The notes beneath the pieces are model-generated. The model was not told where the DNA came from. It searched no databases and saw only the letters and a program-made list of their open reading frames with translations. The translations under genes and the position numbers were made by a program. This document shows, one piece after another, positions 41,579 to 57,065 of a DNA stretch of 64,000 nt; within the stretch, counting starts at the first letter, position 1; each line of letters starts with the position of its first letter. This stretch comes from Chrysomallon squamiferum (Eukaryota > Animalia > Mollusca), in the NCBI GenBank assembly GCA_012295275.1, contig CM022666.1:7936001-8000000 (forward strand). Reading direction: 5' to 3'.

Positions 41579-44500
41579 GTGCCACCAAGATAGCTTTGAT
41601 GTGAAAGACGTTATGAATTTTTAACTGAATAGAATTCACTGTTTTTTTTTTGTCTTCAAAGTCTATAGTAAAACTGTATTGTTTCTGTCCTTTGGCAGAC
41701 AAACACTGAATATCTCATATGGTTTTGAAGCAGTGTACATGAAGTATATATATATATATATAATGAAAATGAACATTCAGAAGAGTGCTAGAGCCATAAA
41801 GTATTTTAAAGCAGGTTGCTAACACTTGTGAATTTTAATTAATTCATTGAACTAATTAGCATGAACCATAAAGAAAACAATCATCCAGTCAGGTTATTAG
41901 TGTGAGATCATAACTTCAAAGCTGAGAATATTCTTCATAATCAACATCTTTATCAGGAAGAAAATATTGTCTAAAAATACACTATACTGGACTATTATGC
42001 CAAATGCCTCAGAATAACACAGTATATTACATTTAATGTCTCTGAAATATTGAACTTAAGAGACAGTTTTTATTCTGATAAAACACAATTTCCAATAATA
42101 TATGTCAAATAAATATCCCCATGTAAAATGACACAAGAAAATAATCATTTTTATAAAGCAACTTTTAATTTACAAATCAAAATATAAACAAATCTTGCAA
42201 AGTATGTATAGAAAGTTAACTTATATTTAGTGGAAGATCTATTAAAAGGTTTAAACAGTTGAGTATTACTTACTCGCATCTCTACATTCATTTTTGTGTT
42301 GTAATTATAAATTGTAATATTTATGAGTCGCATACACATGAGTATCAAAACACAAGTCTCGCCCATACATCCACATATATATTTTAGGACTACAAGTTGT
42401 ACAACATAAATATATAAAGACTTTTATCATTATTATTAATTTTTCTTTTCAATTTTAATTTTTTTTAGTTTTTTCAATTCTACTTGTAAATAATAATAAT
42501 AAAAAATAAAGTGTTAAATATAATTTTTATTTGTTTATGTTAATGTAAATATTATTACAGCTGAGATTGTTTTATTACATCTTTGTTATTCTTTGAAGGT
42601 GACAACTGATGGCAGGCCAAAGATTGTTGATTTGATTGATGCAACTGGTTCTGGAGATGTTGACACTTCACATGTAGTTGATGCTGTTGATGGAATAATA
42701 ACTGGCCTGACTGGACGGAAATTGAAGGTATGATGACGATAATGATTATTATTGTTGTTATTATTATCATTATCATTATTATTATTATCTTTATTATTAT
42801 CATCATTGCTTTTATTCTTCTTCATCTTCTTATTATTTATTTTTTTATATTTTCGTGTGTGTATCTGTCTATTTATATTTATTTATTTATGATATTTAAC
42901 CAAATTTTGCAGAATTTATTTATAAAATAACCAGAATAAAACCTTTATAATAGAATAACATTTCTCGAATTACATTTATTAAACATTACATCAAATAAAT
43001 TGATTCTAGAATTCTGTAAGGAAACCATTTATTTATTTATTTATTTATTTATGAATATAATGAATTTCATTTTTTAAAGGAGAAAAGGAAAAAGAAAGAA
43101 GTTTTCTGAGTCATTTGATCAGCTTTAATTTCATTGTATAGTTTTGATTCTGTAACAAATATTTTTAATATTAATTTATAACTAATACTTGGTGATAAAA
43201 ATAATTATGACTAATAATTTTCTTTAAAAATTATTTTTATATTTAATGTTAAAATAGATTTATATTAATGAAGTTTTGTAATTTAGTGCATTATTATATT
43301 TGTTATTATAATAAATATCTGTAATTAAATACATTATTATATTTATTAATTTTTATATTATTAATTTATTTCAAGATAGTGTAATTCACCTTTTCTTTAA
43401 TGTTTTTACATCTATGATAACATCAATTAAACTTCTGTTACATTTTCAAAAAAAAAACACCCCAAAATAAAACAAATTTAAAAAATAAGTAAATTAATTA
43501 AATAATTAATAAATAAAAAATAAAATGAAAACACTTAAAAAAAATAATAATAATAAATAAATAATAGTAATTAAAATAAAACAATTATTTTTACATAGAT
43601 TTCTGATTCATGGAAGAAGAAATTTTCACATTTTCAAAAAAAAAGAAGAAATTATATATATATATATTATTAATATTTATATATATAATGTATTTATCTA
43701 CATACAGATTCCTGATTCATGGAACAACCCGACAGGAAAGTACCATGTTGGAGTAAAGCATGCCTATGATCTTTTCCCAAAGAACCTGAGAGAACGAATG
43801 ACAAGGGAACGACGAGAACAGTTTTGGGATCCTGTTCACAGAGCAGCCATTGCAGAAGCCACCCGGAGGCTGGAAGACTTTGAAAACAACAAGACCGTTT
43901 TATCCCCTGTAAGTGTAAACACATTTTTGTCAGTTGATATAACTTGTACTGAAATGTTACGAATATTATCAATAGCTTGTACTTGATTTTTCTGATTTTC
44001 TCTTTTTCTTCAACAAATATATATTTTTTTTTTTTCTCAAAAAAAATTAATAATGATGATAAAAAAAGTTAAATAAATAAATTAAATAAATAATACAAAA
44101 ATATTAAGTTGAAAAAAAAAATGTAAAGGAATTTCAATTGTTTGTGTGCTTTTTTATTTGGAACAGGTTTTATAAATTGGATAAATATTTTCACAGAATT
44201 TATTAAATTTCTGATATCTTGTAAATTAGAATGTTGCAGGTGTGAATAAATACTGAATTTGTTGAACTGATAATGTCATTAAAGTGAAAATGTTAGTGCC
44301 AATAAAAGAGATTATTATATTATCATTCTACTTTATTATTAATAAAGGTTGGATCCTAAAAAAAACAATAAAACAACAACTTGCCATGTACACTTCAGTT
44401 ACAAAGAAATAAAACTGTTTGAAAGAAAACAAATATGTTTAGACTATCTGTCCCCTGTTTTCTTTACTGAGAAGTGAATGAAAGTATAAAGTATATGAAA

Positions 44501-47500
44501 TTTATTTACACTGTTAGGTAAACACCTTGACATACCCACTTAAACAAAATATAGATTAAAAACACAACCCCCCAGTTCCTGTTTTAACATACCCACTTTA
44601 ACATGGTACATATAAAAAATAATAGTTCAACATCATATTTTTCAACAGATTAAAAATAATAACAATATCAAACTAAACAAAATGAGCTGAGTGAGTATTT
44701 GCCCACACCTCCACATATTAATCAACTTCAACAACAATCAAGCAAAAGAATCACTTGGAGGTTTCAGATAGTGATTGTCTGTGCAGTATGTTTTTAACTT
44801 CACTTGTTTTAAAACCAGGAAGACAAGCTGGTGAAGGAAGACTTGCAGCTAAAAGTGGACACTCTGTTAAACTTGGAAAAGAAATACTCCGACTGTGGAC
44901 CTATCTACGACTGTGTTGTCTTCTACGACGGTGAAACTTGGAGGTGAGAGATTTAAAAACAATTTTAACTTGTAAACTTTGTGTGGTGTCTGTTGCTCAT
45001 TGGTGGGTAGGTGTATTTAGTGCCTCATGTAATGCAGGATTTAAAACCAATGTATTATAAGACCTTGTATGTTGTAATTCACTTGTTTTTGGATAGATTA
45101 TTTAATGTACTAATATATATTGCAGGATTTTGAATCTGGTATTTGTTGTTTTATAAAAGTTGAGTTGTTATAATTTATTTAATATAACATTTGCTGCTGT
45201 ACATTTTAAAATCTGGAGATTTACATTTTATATACAAAAGTAATATTAGTCATTTTAATTATATATGTATATGTTTAGACACTGACATTAAAAATTAAAA
45301 ACATTTATTATTCCTCCTCCTTTTCCTTTTTCTTTCTTTCTTTTTTTTTTCTATTTATTTACATTTATTTTCTTTTTCTTTTCTCTTTAAAAAGATTTCT
45401 TCATAATGGATTAAAATGATTTCTTTTTTTCACTATTTTGTTTTTGATACAATTTTTGATAAATGTATATTCATCTTTATTTGTTATGAAAATATTATAA
45501 TGTTTGTATTTTACTGTTCAGAGCTTGTGTTGACACTACAGAGAAAGGAAATCTTGAGGAGAGTAAATTACTGGCCAGCTACAGAGAGGAACAAGAATAT
45601 GCAACAGTTAGTCAGCTGGGTATGTAAAAATGTCTCTTTGAAAATTATATTTATTTGTACATTTGAGCAAACAGATGGATTTTCCTTTGTCACCTTCCAA
45701 GTGTTGAAAATTTTGTCATTTATTTTTAAAAGAATGATTTTATATGATGTTAATTATTTTGTGCTTAACTTGATTTTATAAATCTTTTTAAAAATTAAAC
45801 AATAAAAACTTCATCATTATACTAAAATCACAAAAACTAATTTAAAACAAATTTGATTATATATTGTCTGAAGTTAATAAGGAAACTAATTACTGTTAAC
45901 GTGAATGCAGTAAACCAAGTCATCTTGTTTATTATTTTTTTTGTTCGATTGTTTTTAGTCATAAAGTTTTTTTCTTTTCCAGACTTGATGAATTTTTCAG
46001 TAAATATTCACAGTGATGGAAATGTGCTGGAAATAGTCACAAATGCTGGTAAGTCAGAATCAATTTGAATGCAGCTGTGTGTGTTTTCATCTTATGTTAT
46101 TTTTCTTTTCTGACATAGAGGATACTGTCAACTGAACTCTTTTTTTCTCTTTTTTTTCTATTAATTAACCTTTGTTATCATCTGTATCTTTAGTGTTTTT
46201 CTATCACTGGATCATTTTTTTAAAGATATAATTTAGTATTGTTTTAGAGAGTTTTATATAATAACACTACAACATATAATGGAGGGACCAGTAATATCTA
46301 TTCATTATGTTCCCTTTACCATTAAATCATCTTATGTACTTATTATTTTTTAAAAAGGATTAATAATATTACAAATTTTAAAAATATAATTTAATATAGT
46401 TTTGAAGTGTTTAATATTATATAACACTACAATATATAAAGGATGGACCAGTAATTATATCTATTCAGTATTCATTATGTTCTCATTACCATTTTGTGTA
46501 TTTTTTAAAAGGATTAATAATATCAAAAAAAAAAGTCTGCTGAATTCAAACTTGCTGGATAGAAAGATAAATAAATATTAAGTTAAGATTACATAAACAA
46601 TCTCTCACAACTCTTTTTCAATAGATCTGCTAATTTCTGATGTTTCATTAGAACCAGAGTTATGTTACACATTCAAAGTTATGTTACACCTCCAGAGTTA
46701 CGTTATAATACTTAAAAGCTATGTTTTATTACTTCAAAGTTATGTTATAGTACATTCAAAATTGTTATAATACTTAAAAGTTATGTTATTATCTATTCAA
46801 ACTTATAATAAACACTGTGATAATTGAATCTACATGATACTAGTGCAGTCACCTTGCTTAATCCTATACAAGTGATACATTTTTGGTACCTAAATACAAT
46901 ATTAAAAAGGTGGGACGGTTGTTGCACAGAATTAGGGTCCCTGGAACTTGTGACCTTGTTTACTCCAATACAAATGATACTTCATGGTAAATAAAATCAG
47001 CATAAAAAATTTGGATCTGACTTTTTCACAAGATCAAGAACACTGGAACTTATTAGAAACTGCATGATGCCAATACTACCACCATGCTTACTTCTGTATA
47101 AGTAATACTTTCATGATCGTTAAATTCAGTATTAATAAATTGGGATCTGACAGAATTAAGATATCCTGGAAATTATTTGAATCTACATACAACTAATGGA
47201 ATCACCATTTTCACTGCTACACAAATGACACTTTCATGGTACCTAAATTCAGTATAACTTTGGGATCTGACTTTTGCACAGGAATAGGAACCTTGGAACA
47301 TAAATTTGTAAACATACAAGTGTTTTATTTATGTTGTTATTTACACAGGTTCTCACGGGACTCATGTAGCCTGCATTGCAACTGGTTTCTTCCCTGACAC
47401 ACCTGAACGCAATGGAATAGCACCTGGAGCACAGATTATATCTGTTAAGATAGGCGACACTCGCCTCGGTTCCATGGAAACCGGAACATCACTGGTCCGA

Positions 47501-47565
47501 GCGGTAAGTGGAAGAAAATATCTTGTGTATTGGTGTTTTCTAGTTTTTTGTGTTTTTCTCTGTGT

Positions 47566-47658
<93 letters not shown>

Positions 47659-50600
47659 AATAGATAGATAGATATATATATAGATATATTACAAGATAGG
47701 AGACAATAAAATTTGTTCTTTTTTGGTGGGGGAATAAGCTTTAGTCATTGATATAAACATTCTACATACAAATGTTGATGTACAGTATATATATATTACA
47801 AAAACATTTACAATCTGAAAATCACTGAAAGGTTCACTATATTCGTTTTTAACATTCTGAAAACTTAATTAAAAAATTAATTACCTAGAATTCCACAGAA
47901 TTCCACTAAACATGAATGATTTACTTCAAAACCAGAACAATTTCAGCTTCTGTTTATCTTCAGTTTTCAAGTCATAAATCGTTATTTAGATAAATCAGTA
48001 TTATTTATTTTTATTGGTTATTCAATTTTCAGATGATTACGGTTATTGAACACAAGTGTGACTTGATTAACTACAGCTATGGTGAGGCTTCACACTGGCC
48101 AAATGCTGGGTAAGAATTAATTATATGAATATTCATGAATGTTTTGGTTTTAGGTAATGTTCAAGAGCTGGGACAGTTATATTTAATAATAATATTTTTT
48201 GTGTGTAACTTTTCTTTTACAGTCACAGTTACAGTTGTTATTACAATTATATTTAAAAGCACAATTCGTATAACAACAACAACAAAAAATAAAAATAAAA
48301 AATAAAATATTATACTAGAAAATTATTATTATAAAAACAACAACAAAGAAACAGTAATCAGAAAACAAAAAACAAAACAAAAAGGAAAAAAAAGTATATA
48401 TTATACCAGACAATTATTATTACTACTACTACTACTGTTATTATTATTATTAGTATTATTATTACTATTATTACTACTATTATTATTGTTGTTGTTATTA
48501 TTGTTGTTATTGTTATTATTAATATTATTATTGTTGTTTTTATTATTACTATTATTATTGTTATCATTATTCTTGTTGTTGTTGTTGTTGTTGTTATTAT
48601 TATTATAATTATTATTTCAGGAGAATCTGTGATATATTAAGTGAAGTGGTAAACAAACATGGTGTGATATTTCTGGCCAGTGCAGGAAACAATGGCCCCG
48701 CCCTGTCAACAGTGGGTACCCCTGGTGGAACAACTACAGCACTTATCAGTAAACATTTAACAATAATAATATGAAAAAAACATAAATCTCTCTATAGAAC
48801 CATAAATAATTATATAATACAAATTTTCTGTGATTATTAGTAGTTCTGTCCATACAGCAATATAAAAATAATAATTGTTATATTCATATTCAGGATTAAT
48901 TAGATTTTATGATCATGATCACATCATTAATTAGTTATGATATGGAGTATTTGTAAAATTCTGTTTGTCATTTCATAAATTAAGTATGAGAACTTTTTTT
49001 TCATGATAATTATTGAATTATTCACAGAACATTTGATCTAAATTGTCAGTTGTGGTTATTAATTTAAAAAAAACAAACACAAATGAAATAAAATTAAATA
49101 AAGAAGTTTTGTGTTACCTATTTCTTAATGTAATTCACACAATTCTTTTTTCAATCAATATAAAATTAATTAATTTTTTTTTTTTTCAGTTATTAATAAA
49201 TTAATTTTATATTATTATTATTTTTTTTTAATAAAATTCACTGACATTTATCTTTTATCAATAACTGTAAAATTAATTTTCATATTTCTTTTTATAATAA
49301 ATATAAAAATAATTTACACATCCATTTCTTATATTAATTGGAAACCACTATTATTACGTGTTTGCTGCATGTATATTTTATTACAAATTCTTTTTATCAA
49401 TACTTTATCACTAAAATATAGTTCATATTTGAATATCAGTTTTGTTCTCACCTGATGAATTAAAAAGTTTACCTGTTCTAATCTCAGGTGTTGGTGCTCA
49501 TGTAACTCCAGCAATGATGGCAGCAGAATATTCTCTGAGGGAGAAACTTCCTCCCACCCACTACACCTGGTCATCCAGGGGTCCAGCGTAAGTCTTGACC
49601 AGCACGAAGATAATTTAAACACCCCACAGTAACAAGTTTTATTTGAGTTGTAATTGAGAGGTTTTGTTAATTTTTGTTTTAATTTTTATTTTTAATTCTG
49701 TCTCACATAGCATCTGGTCTTCTTGTGGTCCAACATAATTTTGACTATTATAAGATGCAGACAAAACTTTTTTTTATTTTGAGTTATTTACTTATCTATT
49801 TACTTATTTATTTACATACTTCTTTTGGAAAATATATTTAAAATTTGGCCTGCTTTTACATCTCGTCATCATCAGGTACACAAACACACATACATACACA
49901 TACGCACCCAGTTAATATATAATGCAGTATGTTTTTCATTCATATATATATGTATGTATGTATGTATGTTGTATCCTATACTGTAAATAAAATAAAACAA
50001 TTGCTGTAACACAGAGACATATTACATTACAGACAAGACGGTGATCTTGGTGTGTGTATTAGTGCACCAGGTGGCGCTATTGCTTCAGTTCCGAACTGGA
50101 CTCTTCGGAGCTGTCAGCTCATGAACGGAACCAGCATGAGTTCACCCAATGCGTGTGGAGCCATAGGTACATCACAGAGTTCTTCCTCTTAGTTTGTTGT
50201 AATAAAAATAAAATAATCTTATAAATAAATAACTGAAAAAACCCACAACAAAATATAAACATATACAGGGTACGTCAAAAATAACTTGTTTTTATTTATT
50301 TGCTTTTATTGAACGAAATGTGTGAATGTGTGTGTGTTTATTTTAGCTTGGGTTGTAGGTTGAGGATAAAACATACTAATTTGTAATTATTTAGTTTGAC
50401 ACCGAGATAGATGGCTTTATTTAAGGGGTTTTTGGATTTTTTTTTTTTTTAATGTTTATGGAAAGGTGCATATAGAAAATGGAATGACAGTGTTGCACAA
50501 AAATTAAAAAAAATTAAAAATACAAAAATCATCATAAATGCTTCATATATTAAAAACCCTATTAATATTAAAATGTGGTTTAAAGTTTTAAAACAAATAT

Positions 50601-51596
50601 TTTTTTATTTTTTTATTTTTTTTTTTTTTTTTTATATATATTTTTTTTCTTCACATTCTAGGATTAATCCTTTCTGCTTTGAAGGCTAATGGCATTGCAT
50701 ACACCCCATACAGTGTAAAAAGAGCTTTACAAAACACAGCACTCAAAGTTGACAGTGTCGAAGTATTTGCTCTTGGTCATGGGTTGGTTCAGGTAAATTA
50801 CCATATTATATCTTAAGAACCATATCATACTATATTTTATTATTTTTATTATTTATGGAAAAAAGTAAAAGAATTAGGTATCTTTAACTATAAAAATACA
50901 GTGGAAAGTGTTAAGATTTTGTATGTCATATTATTAGAAGAAATACATGAATTTTTTAACGTGTATTTTAGCTTGAATCAAAAGATCTTTTAATTTTCAA
51001 ACATTTATTTTGGTTTGAGTTGTAGTTGTAGGTTGAGGATAAAACATGCTAACTTGTAAATATTCAGTTTAGGTTGAGAAGAATGATTGAACAGTTTTTA
51101 AACATTTGTTTTAGGTGGAGAAAGCATATGACTTTCTCACTAACTTTGCAGCAGAGAAAGAAAACAGAATTCAGTTCACAGTCACGTGCAGTGGAAACAA
51201 ACGTGGAATCTATCTGCGAGAGTTGTGGCAGCTTGCTAAACCATCTGAGATATCAGTTACTGTGGAACCAACCTATTTTGATGAAAAGTCTGGTTAGTTG
51301 CAATTAAAATGTGTGTTTGTGTGTGTGTGAGTGTGTGTGTGTTTGTGTTTGTATAAATATATTCATTTAAAGAAAATAATTCACAGAACAACCAGACAAA
51401 ACTTGCTGGCAAAAACAGACACTGATTTTATTTGATGCAATTATTTATAGGAATATTTTTGACAAACAAATAATTTAAACATTGTTCAAAGTACCTGTAG
51501 CCTGAACATTTTCAGTACCATCCCTTTTTTTAACTTGCACCAGTTACCCTAATTCCCACCATCCCTTTAACAAATGCTGGCAAGACCACTGATATA

Positions 51597-51641
<45 letters not shown>

Positions 51642-54600
51642 GGTCATTCACATAATCACTTGTCCATGCAGACAATTCATTTTGCTTACTCAACAATCCA
51701 CCTGATCCATCAGCTCTTCTCTTATCTACTGAACCATCCATTTGCCTAATCAACCATTCATTGCCCATTCAACCATCCACATTGCCACCTGATCCCTCAC
51801 TTACCTGTTGAACTGTTTGTTAACCCATTCAGCCTTCTTTTTCTCAGCTACCCTGCAATACATCTACACTGTCTCTTATTTAGTTGGTATTTATTTAGTT
51901 AACCAGGTTTGCTAGTTTCCTAGTATTACTAAATTTTTAATTAGACATTTGTATATTAAACTAATAATCTGAAAGAAACAACAAAAATTACACACAAAAA
52001 ATAAATACACGCACAGAAACATCAGTTAATGAAGTTGTAAAAATTATGTTGTACGCCATAATTATATTCAGACACATGCATGTGTGCACACATCTATCAA
52101 TCTGTTCACATGTGTGTCTATATATATATATATAGACAGGTGTCTGTGTTTTTGTCTGTATATGTGTGTCTGCCTGTCTGTCTTTCTGTCTATCCATCCA
52201 TCTATATTTATCTGTCTTTTCTTTCATTTCAGCTCATCAAGAGAAAATTCAGCTAAATATTCAGTTTCGGCTTATTTGTGATGCACCATGGATACATTGT
52301 CCAAATCACCTTGAACTTATGAATGTCGCTAGAACGTTCTCAGTCAAGGTCACTCCACAAGGTTTATCCGAAGGAGTACATTATACAGAGGTAAACTGTG
52401 AAACCACTTTTAAAATTTCTTTATTAAATAATATTATACTTTGTTCTTTTAATGTTTGTTAAAATTCTGAAATATTTTATTTACTGATCAAGATGAAAAA
52501 GCAAAGCCAGCCATAAACAAAAAAAATATAAGATGTTAGTCACTTTAATAACATTTTTCAGTTTAGATTGAATATTTAATTTTTCTCAAGGTTTTCATTC
52601 TCTTTATAAAACGAAGATCTGAAAACAAGGGAAGTAACTTAATATTTATATCAAAACTCCCATCAGACTGAGTCACCAAATATTCTTTTATTATCCATTT
52701 ATATATTATACATTTATATATTATTTTAATGTAAATTTGTTTAGCAGGTAAATTAATAATTGCAGTAAAATGTAATTGATAGGAAAAAACTATTTTTTTT
52801 TGTATTGTTTAAAAAAGAAATAATAATTTAAAAAATGTTAAAAACCTTCAGTATCTTACATTATGTTTGATCAGGTGTCTGGCTATGATGTGCGCAATGT
52901 ACACAAAGGTCCTTTGTTCCGTGTTCCTATCACTGTCATTGTGCCTAGCAAGTAAGATTTCAGTCTCTCTTTTATTTTCATTTTTATTTATCTTTTAATT
53001 TATTTTTAATTACAATTATTATTATTATTATTATTATTACTATTTTTATCTGTATTTTAAATACTATTAACAGTAGCTTTCTTTTCAACTTATCCCTGTC
53101 CATATTACGAAATATTTCGTTTCACTAAGCTAAAGAAATGCTTTTACTTATTCTTTTTAAAATTACATACATTTTTATTTATTTTTATTTTTTTGGCTTC
53201 CAACAACTTTAATTTCTTAGAAGAGTATTTTATTTTAAATCTGAAAGACTGTATGAACAATTAAATCACCCATAACAACTGTGGTTAGATACAAGTATAT
53301 ATCCTTACACTTACGTACAAGGATATTTATAATTCTGGATACCATTAATCACTGAGATGTTTAGGTATTATAATATGTATTTTGTTTTAATTTTAGAACA
53401 ACTACATAAATCATTTGCAAATCCATAACCAATGTAGTTATATGAAAGTATATTTTAGAGTGAAAAGATAATATAAACCATTGTGTTACCTTCAACAGTT
53501 ACAGTTTCTTAAAAGTGTATTTTATATCAACTTTAGATAACCATAATGTTATATTGTCTTCAGCTATAATTTCTTATAAGTATATTTTATTTCAACTAAA
53601 GGAATTTGATAGTATATTTATTTTAGAGTTGAACCATAGTTAAACACAATGTTGACCGTTATATTGTCATTAGTTGTAAAAGTATAATTTATTTCTTCTC
53701 TAGTAATTTGACAGTGTATTTATTTCAGAGTTCAGGACACTGTTAACTATTGTGTTGCCTATAGCAACTGTAGTTTCAAACCTGGTCAGATACGCAGACA
53801 CTTTTTACATGTGCCTGAAGGAGCTTCATATGCAGGTATATCTAAATGTCTGTGTGTCTGTGGGTCTTTTGGTGTGTCTGTGTGAGTGTGGTGTATCTTG
53901 ACAGTATAGGTGTGTATTGAGAATGTAAGCAGCTGGATTTGTACATTCTTTATTTGTCTGAATGTCTGTTTTTATGTTTTTATATAAGTTAGTTTTCTTG
54001 TTTATAAATCATGATATCCTTATAGATTAACATTTTTAACATTTGTTGCTGTTTTAGAACTAAATATCTTTTTTTTTCCTTGTTGTTATTGTCATCAGAT
54101 GCCTTTAATGTAACTAAGATGCAATTTTATTTTTTATTTCTATAGTTTTAAAAGTGACGTCGACAGATACAGAAAAGAACTGCAGAATACTCCTACACAC
54201 AATTCAAGTTGTTCCCCAGCAGCAGTACAAGAAATATGAATTTGACAAATTTGTAACTCTTACAGACCGAGGGGAGACAACTCAGGCATTCGCAGTACAT
54301 GTGAGTCTGATGGAAAATATTTTATTAATGAATAACTAAATATATTTATGACTAGATGACACTAAGCACATTTTTAAAAATATTTTTGGTTATTTGCTTT
54401 ATTTTTGCTTTTATTGATTATTGTGCTTATTATTACCATGGTTGGTGTTATTATTGGTTTTTATATTTTTGACAGTTAAAAATTTAAATGTATTATTCTG
54501 GTGTTATTTTCAGGATGGCCTAACTTTAGAGGTCTGCATTGCAAAATGGTGGGCCAATCTAGGGGAAGTCACTCTAGATTATTATATCACTTTCTATGGT

Positions 54601-57034
54601 GCTCAGTTGAATGTTCGTCAACCTGTTATGGTAAGTAAAAGTAAAAATCAGATGAAATAATCAGATTTAATTTTATTAAGAATAATTTTATTTTTGATTA
54701 TTTCTGTGAAACAAATTTCTATAACTGACTACAGAAGATAAGTCTAATTTTTGCCTTCATTTATTTATTTAATATTTTCATTACTTGCTTCTGACTTCCT
54801 TTCTATATTTGATACTTATTTTCTCTTGTTGTTATTGTTTTGTTACTGTTAGTATTATAATTATAACTGTTATTGTTATCACCAACATTATTAATATTTT
54901 TATTGTTAGTAGTAGTAGTAGTAGTACCTGCAGTAGTTATAGGAATACTAGTAGAAGTAGTAACAGTAGTAATAAAAATAATAACAGTATTATTCTTCTT
55001 TTTTACTTTTTTAGAAAAGGTATTTATATATGGGTTTTTTTCTTTTTTCATATTTTTTTCACTCCAGATTTTCTTTTTTATATATGTTTCTTTGAAAATG
55101 TTTTCTGGTAGCCTGTGACTAACAAATATTTTTGTTTACTTCTAAAGAATGTTGCGGATGGAATACAGAGGTACAATGTTCGTTCTCAGCTGAAAAATGA
55201 GGACTGTTTCCTGTCAGTCTCTGTCAAAACACTCGTTGTTCCTCTCAGGTGAGAACAACATCAACTACAACTACAACTACAACAACAATAATAATCTTAT
55301 TATTATTATTATTATTAGCAACACCAACAACAACAACAACAATAATATAATAATAATAATACTAAAAGTAATAGTAATAACAATAGTAATAATAGTAATA
55401 ACAACAATAATAAAATAATAACAATGATTATGATATTAATAATAATAAAAATAGTAATAGTAATAATAATAATTATACCAACAACAAAAGCAATAATAAT
55501 AAGAAGTATAGCAGTACCAATAACAACTAATAATTATAACTGTAACAATAATGATGACAATAATTATAATAAAAATAAAAATAAAATGATAAAAACAATA
55601 TGATGAAACTGAAAATTGTAATAATAAAACACAATGATGATGATGACAATATGATAATAAACCCCCCCTAAAAGTAAAGATAAAACAACAATAAGCACAA
55701 ATAATCACACCAACACCACCTCCAAAAATATAAGCAATAAATTTCTCCTCTTTCCCCCTAAACTGATAAAAAAAAAATCCAAATGAATAATTATTGTTCA
55801 GCAGATATTCAAATTTAAAAAAAAAAAAAACAACAAAAAAAATAAATAAATAAATAAATATTTTAAAAACAAAAGCATATTTAATGTCAAACATTTAATA
55901 TTACTACAGGCCATCAGAACACAAAATCCGTTGTCTCCATGGTTACCGAGATTGCCTTCCTGACGGACGACAGATATATGCAATTGAGTTGCAATACAAT
56001 TTTCATCAGGTATTTACAAACATTTATTTTATTTGACAAGACCTCAAGGATAATTTTCTAAAACACTTGCAATATGTCAAACTCTTGGTTATCCTGACCT
56101 GAAATTTTCAGAAAAAATCTGTTAGCAGCAAGAAATGTTCGATTTAGATTTTTTTCCACCCCCAAAAGACAGCTAAGCACATACCACAGTGTTTTTTTTT
56201 TACCTCTTCTTTTTGTTTAGTCTGCTGCTTTATCACTGGGTTCAGTCTGAAGATTATGTGATATTTCAGATATTTGAAATTCAGTAGCCAGTGACAGCAA
56301 ACTAATCAATGTGTTTTAGAGATGCCATTAATACATTTTTGACATACAGCAACTGATGATAGAAAATTGATCAATGTTTTCTAGTGACATCAGTAAACAA
56401 ATGTCTGACATACAGTAACTGATGATAGAAAATAAATCAATGTGTTCTGGTGATTTCATTGAACAAATATTGGACAAAAATAACTGATGATAGCAAATTA
56501 ATCATTGTATTCTAGTAATGAAATTAAATAAATCCAGTATTTGATAACAGATAATTAATTAGTATTCTCTACAGATACTGCAAAACAAACATTTCACACA
56601 CAATTATTTGTTTTTACAGACATAATTTGGATGAATATATCCAGTTTGCAACATAATATTGCTTCCTAGTATGTAGCAGTTGACATGATAAATGATACTG
56701 ATGCATTTTCCATTTTTGTTAAAGTCTTTCTGCCTTACATACATTTTATATGTATATTTGGCAAGATAATACAAGTATGAACGTAATATTAATACAATTC
56801 ATTATTGACAGAACAAAACCAAATGATAAAAAAAATGATAATAATATAACAAAACGAAACAAAACAAAACAATATGAAATAAATAAATAAATACACAATT
56901 GTTTAAGAACATCAGTAGATCAGTTCCATTAACATTATCAGATATTGTTAGTTTTCATGTGACGTCACATTCTTTGTTTTTCTGTACATTAAATGCATCA
57001 GTATTTTACTTATTTAAATATTTATTTATTTATT

Positions 57035-57065
<31 letters not shown>
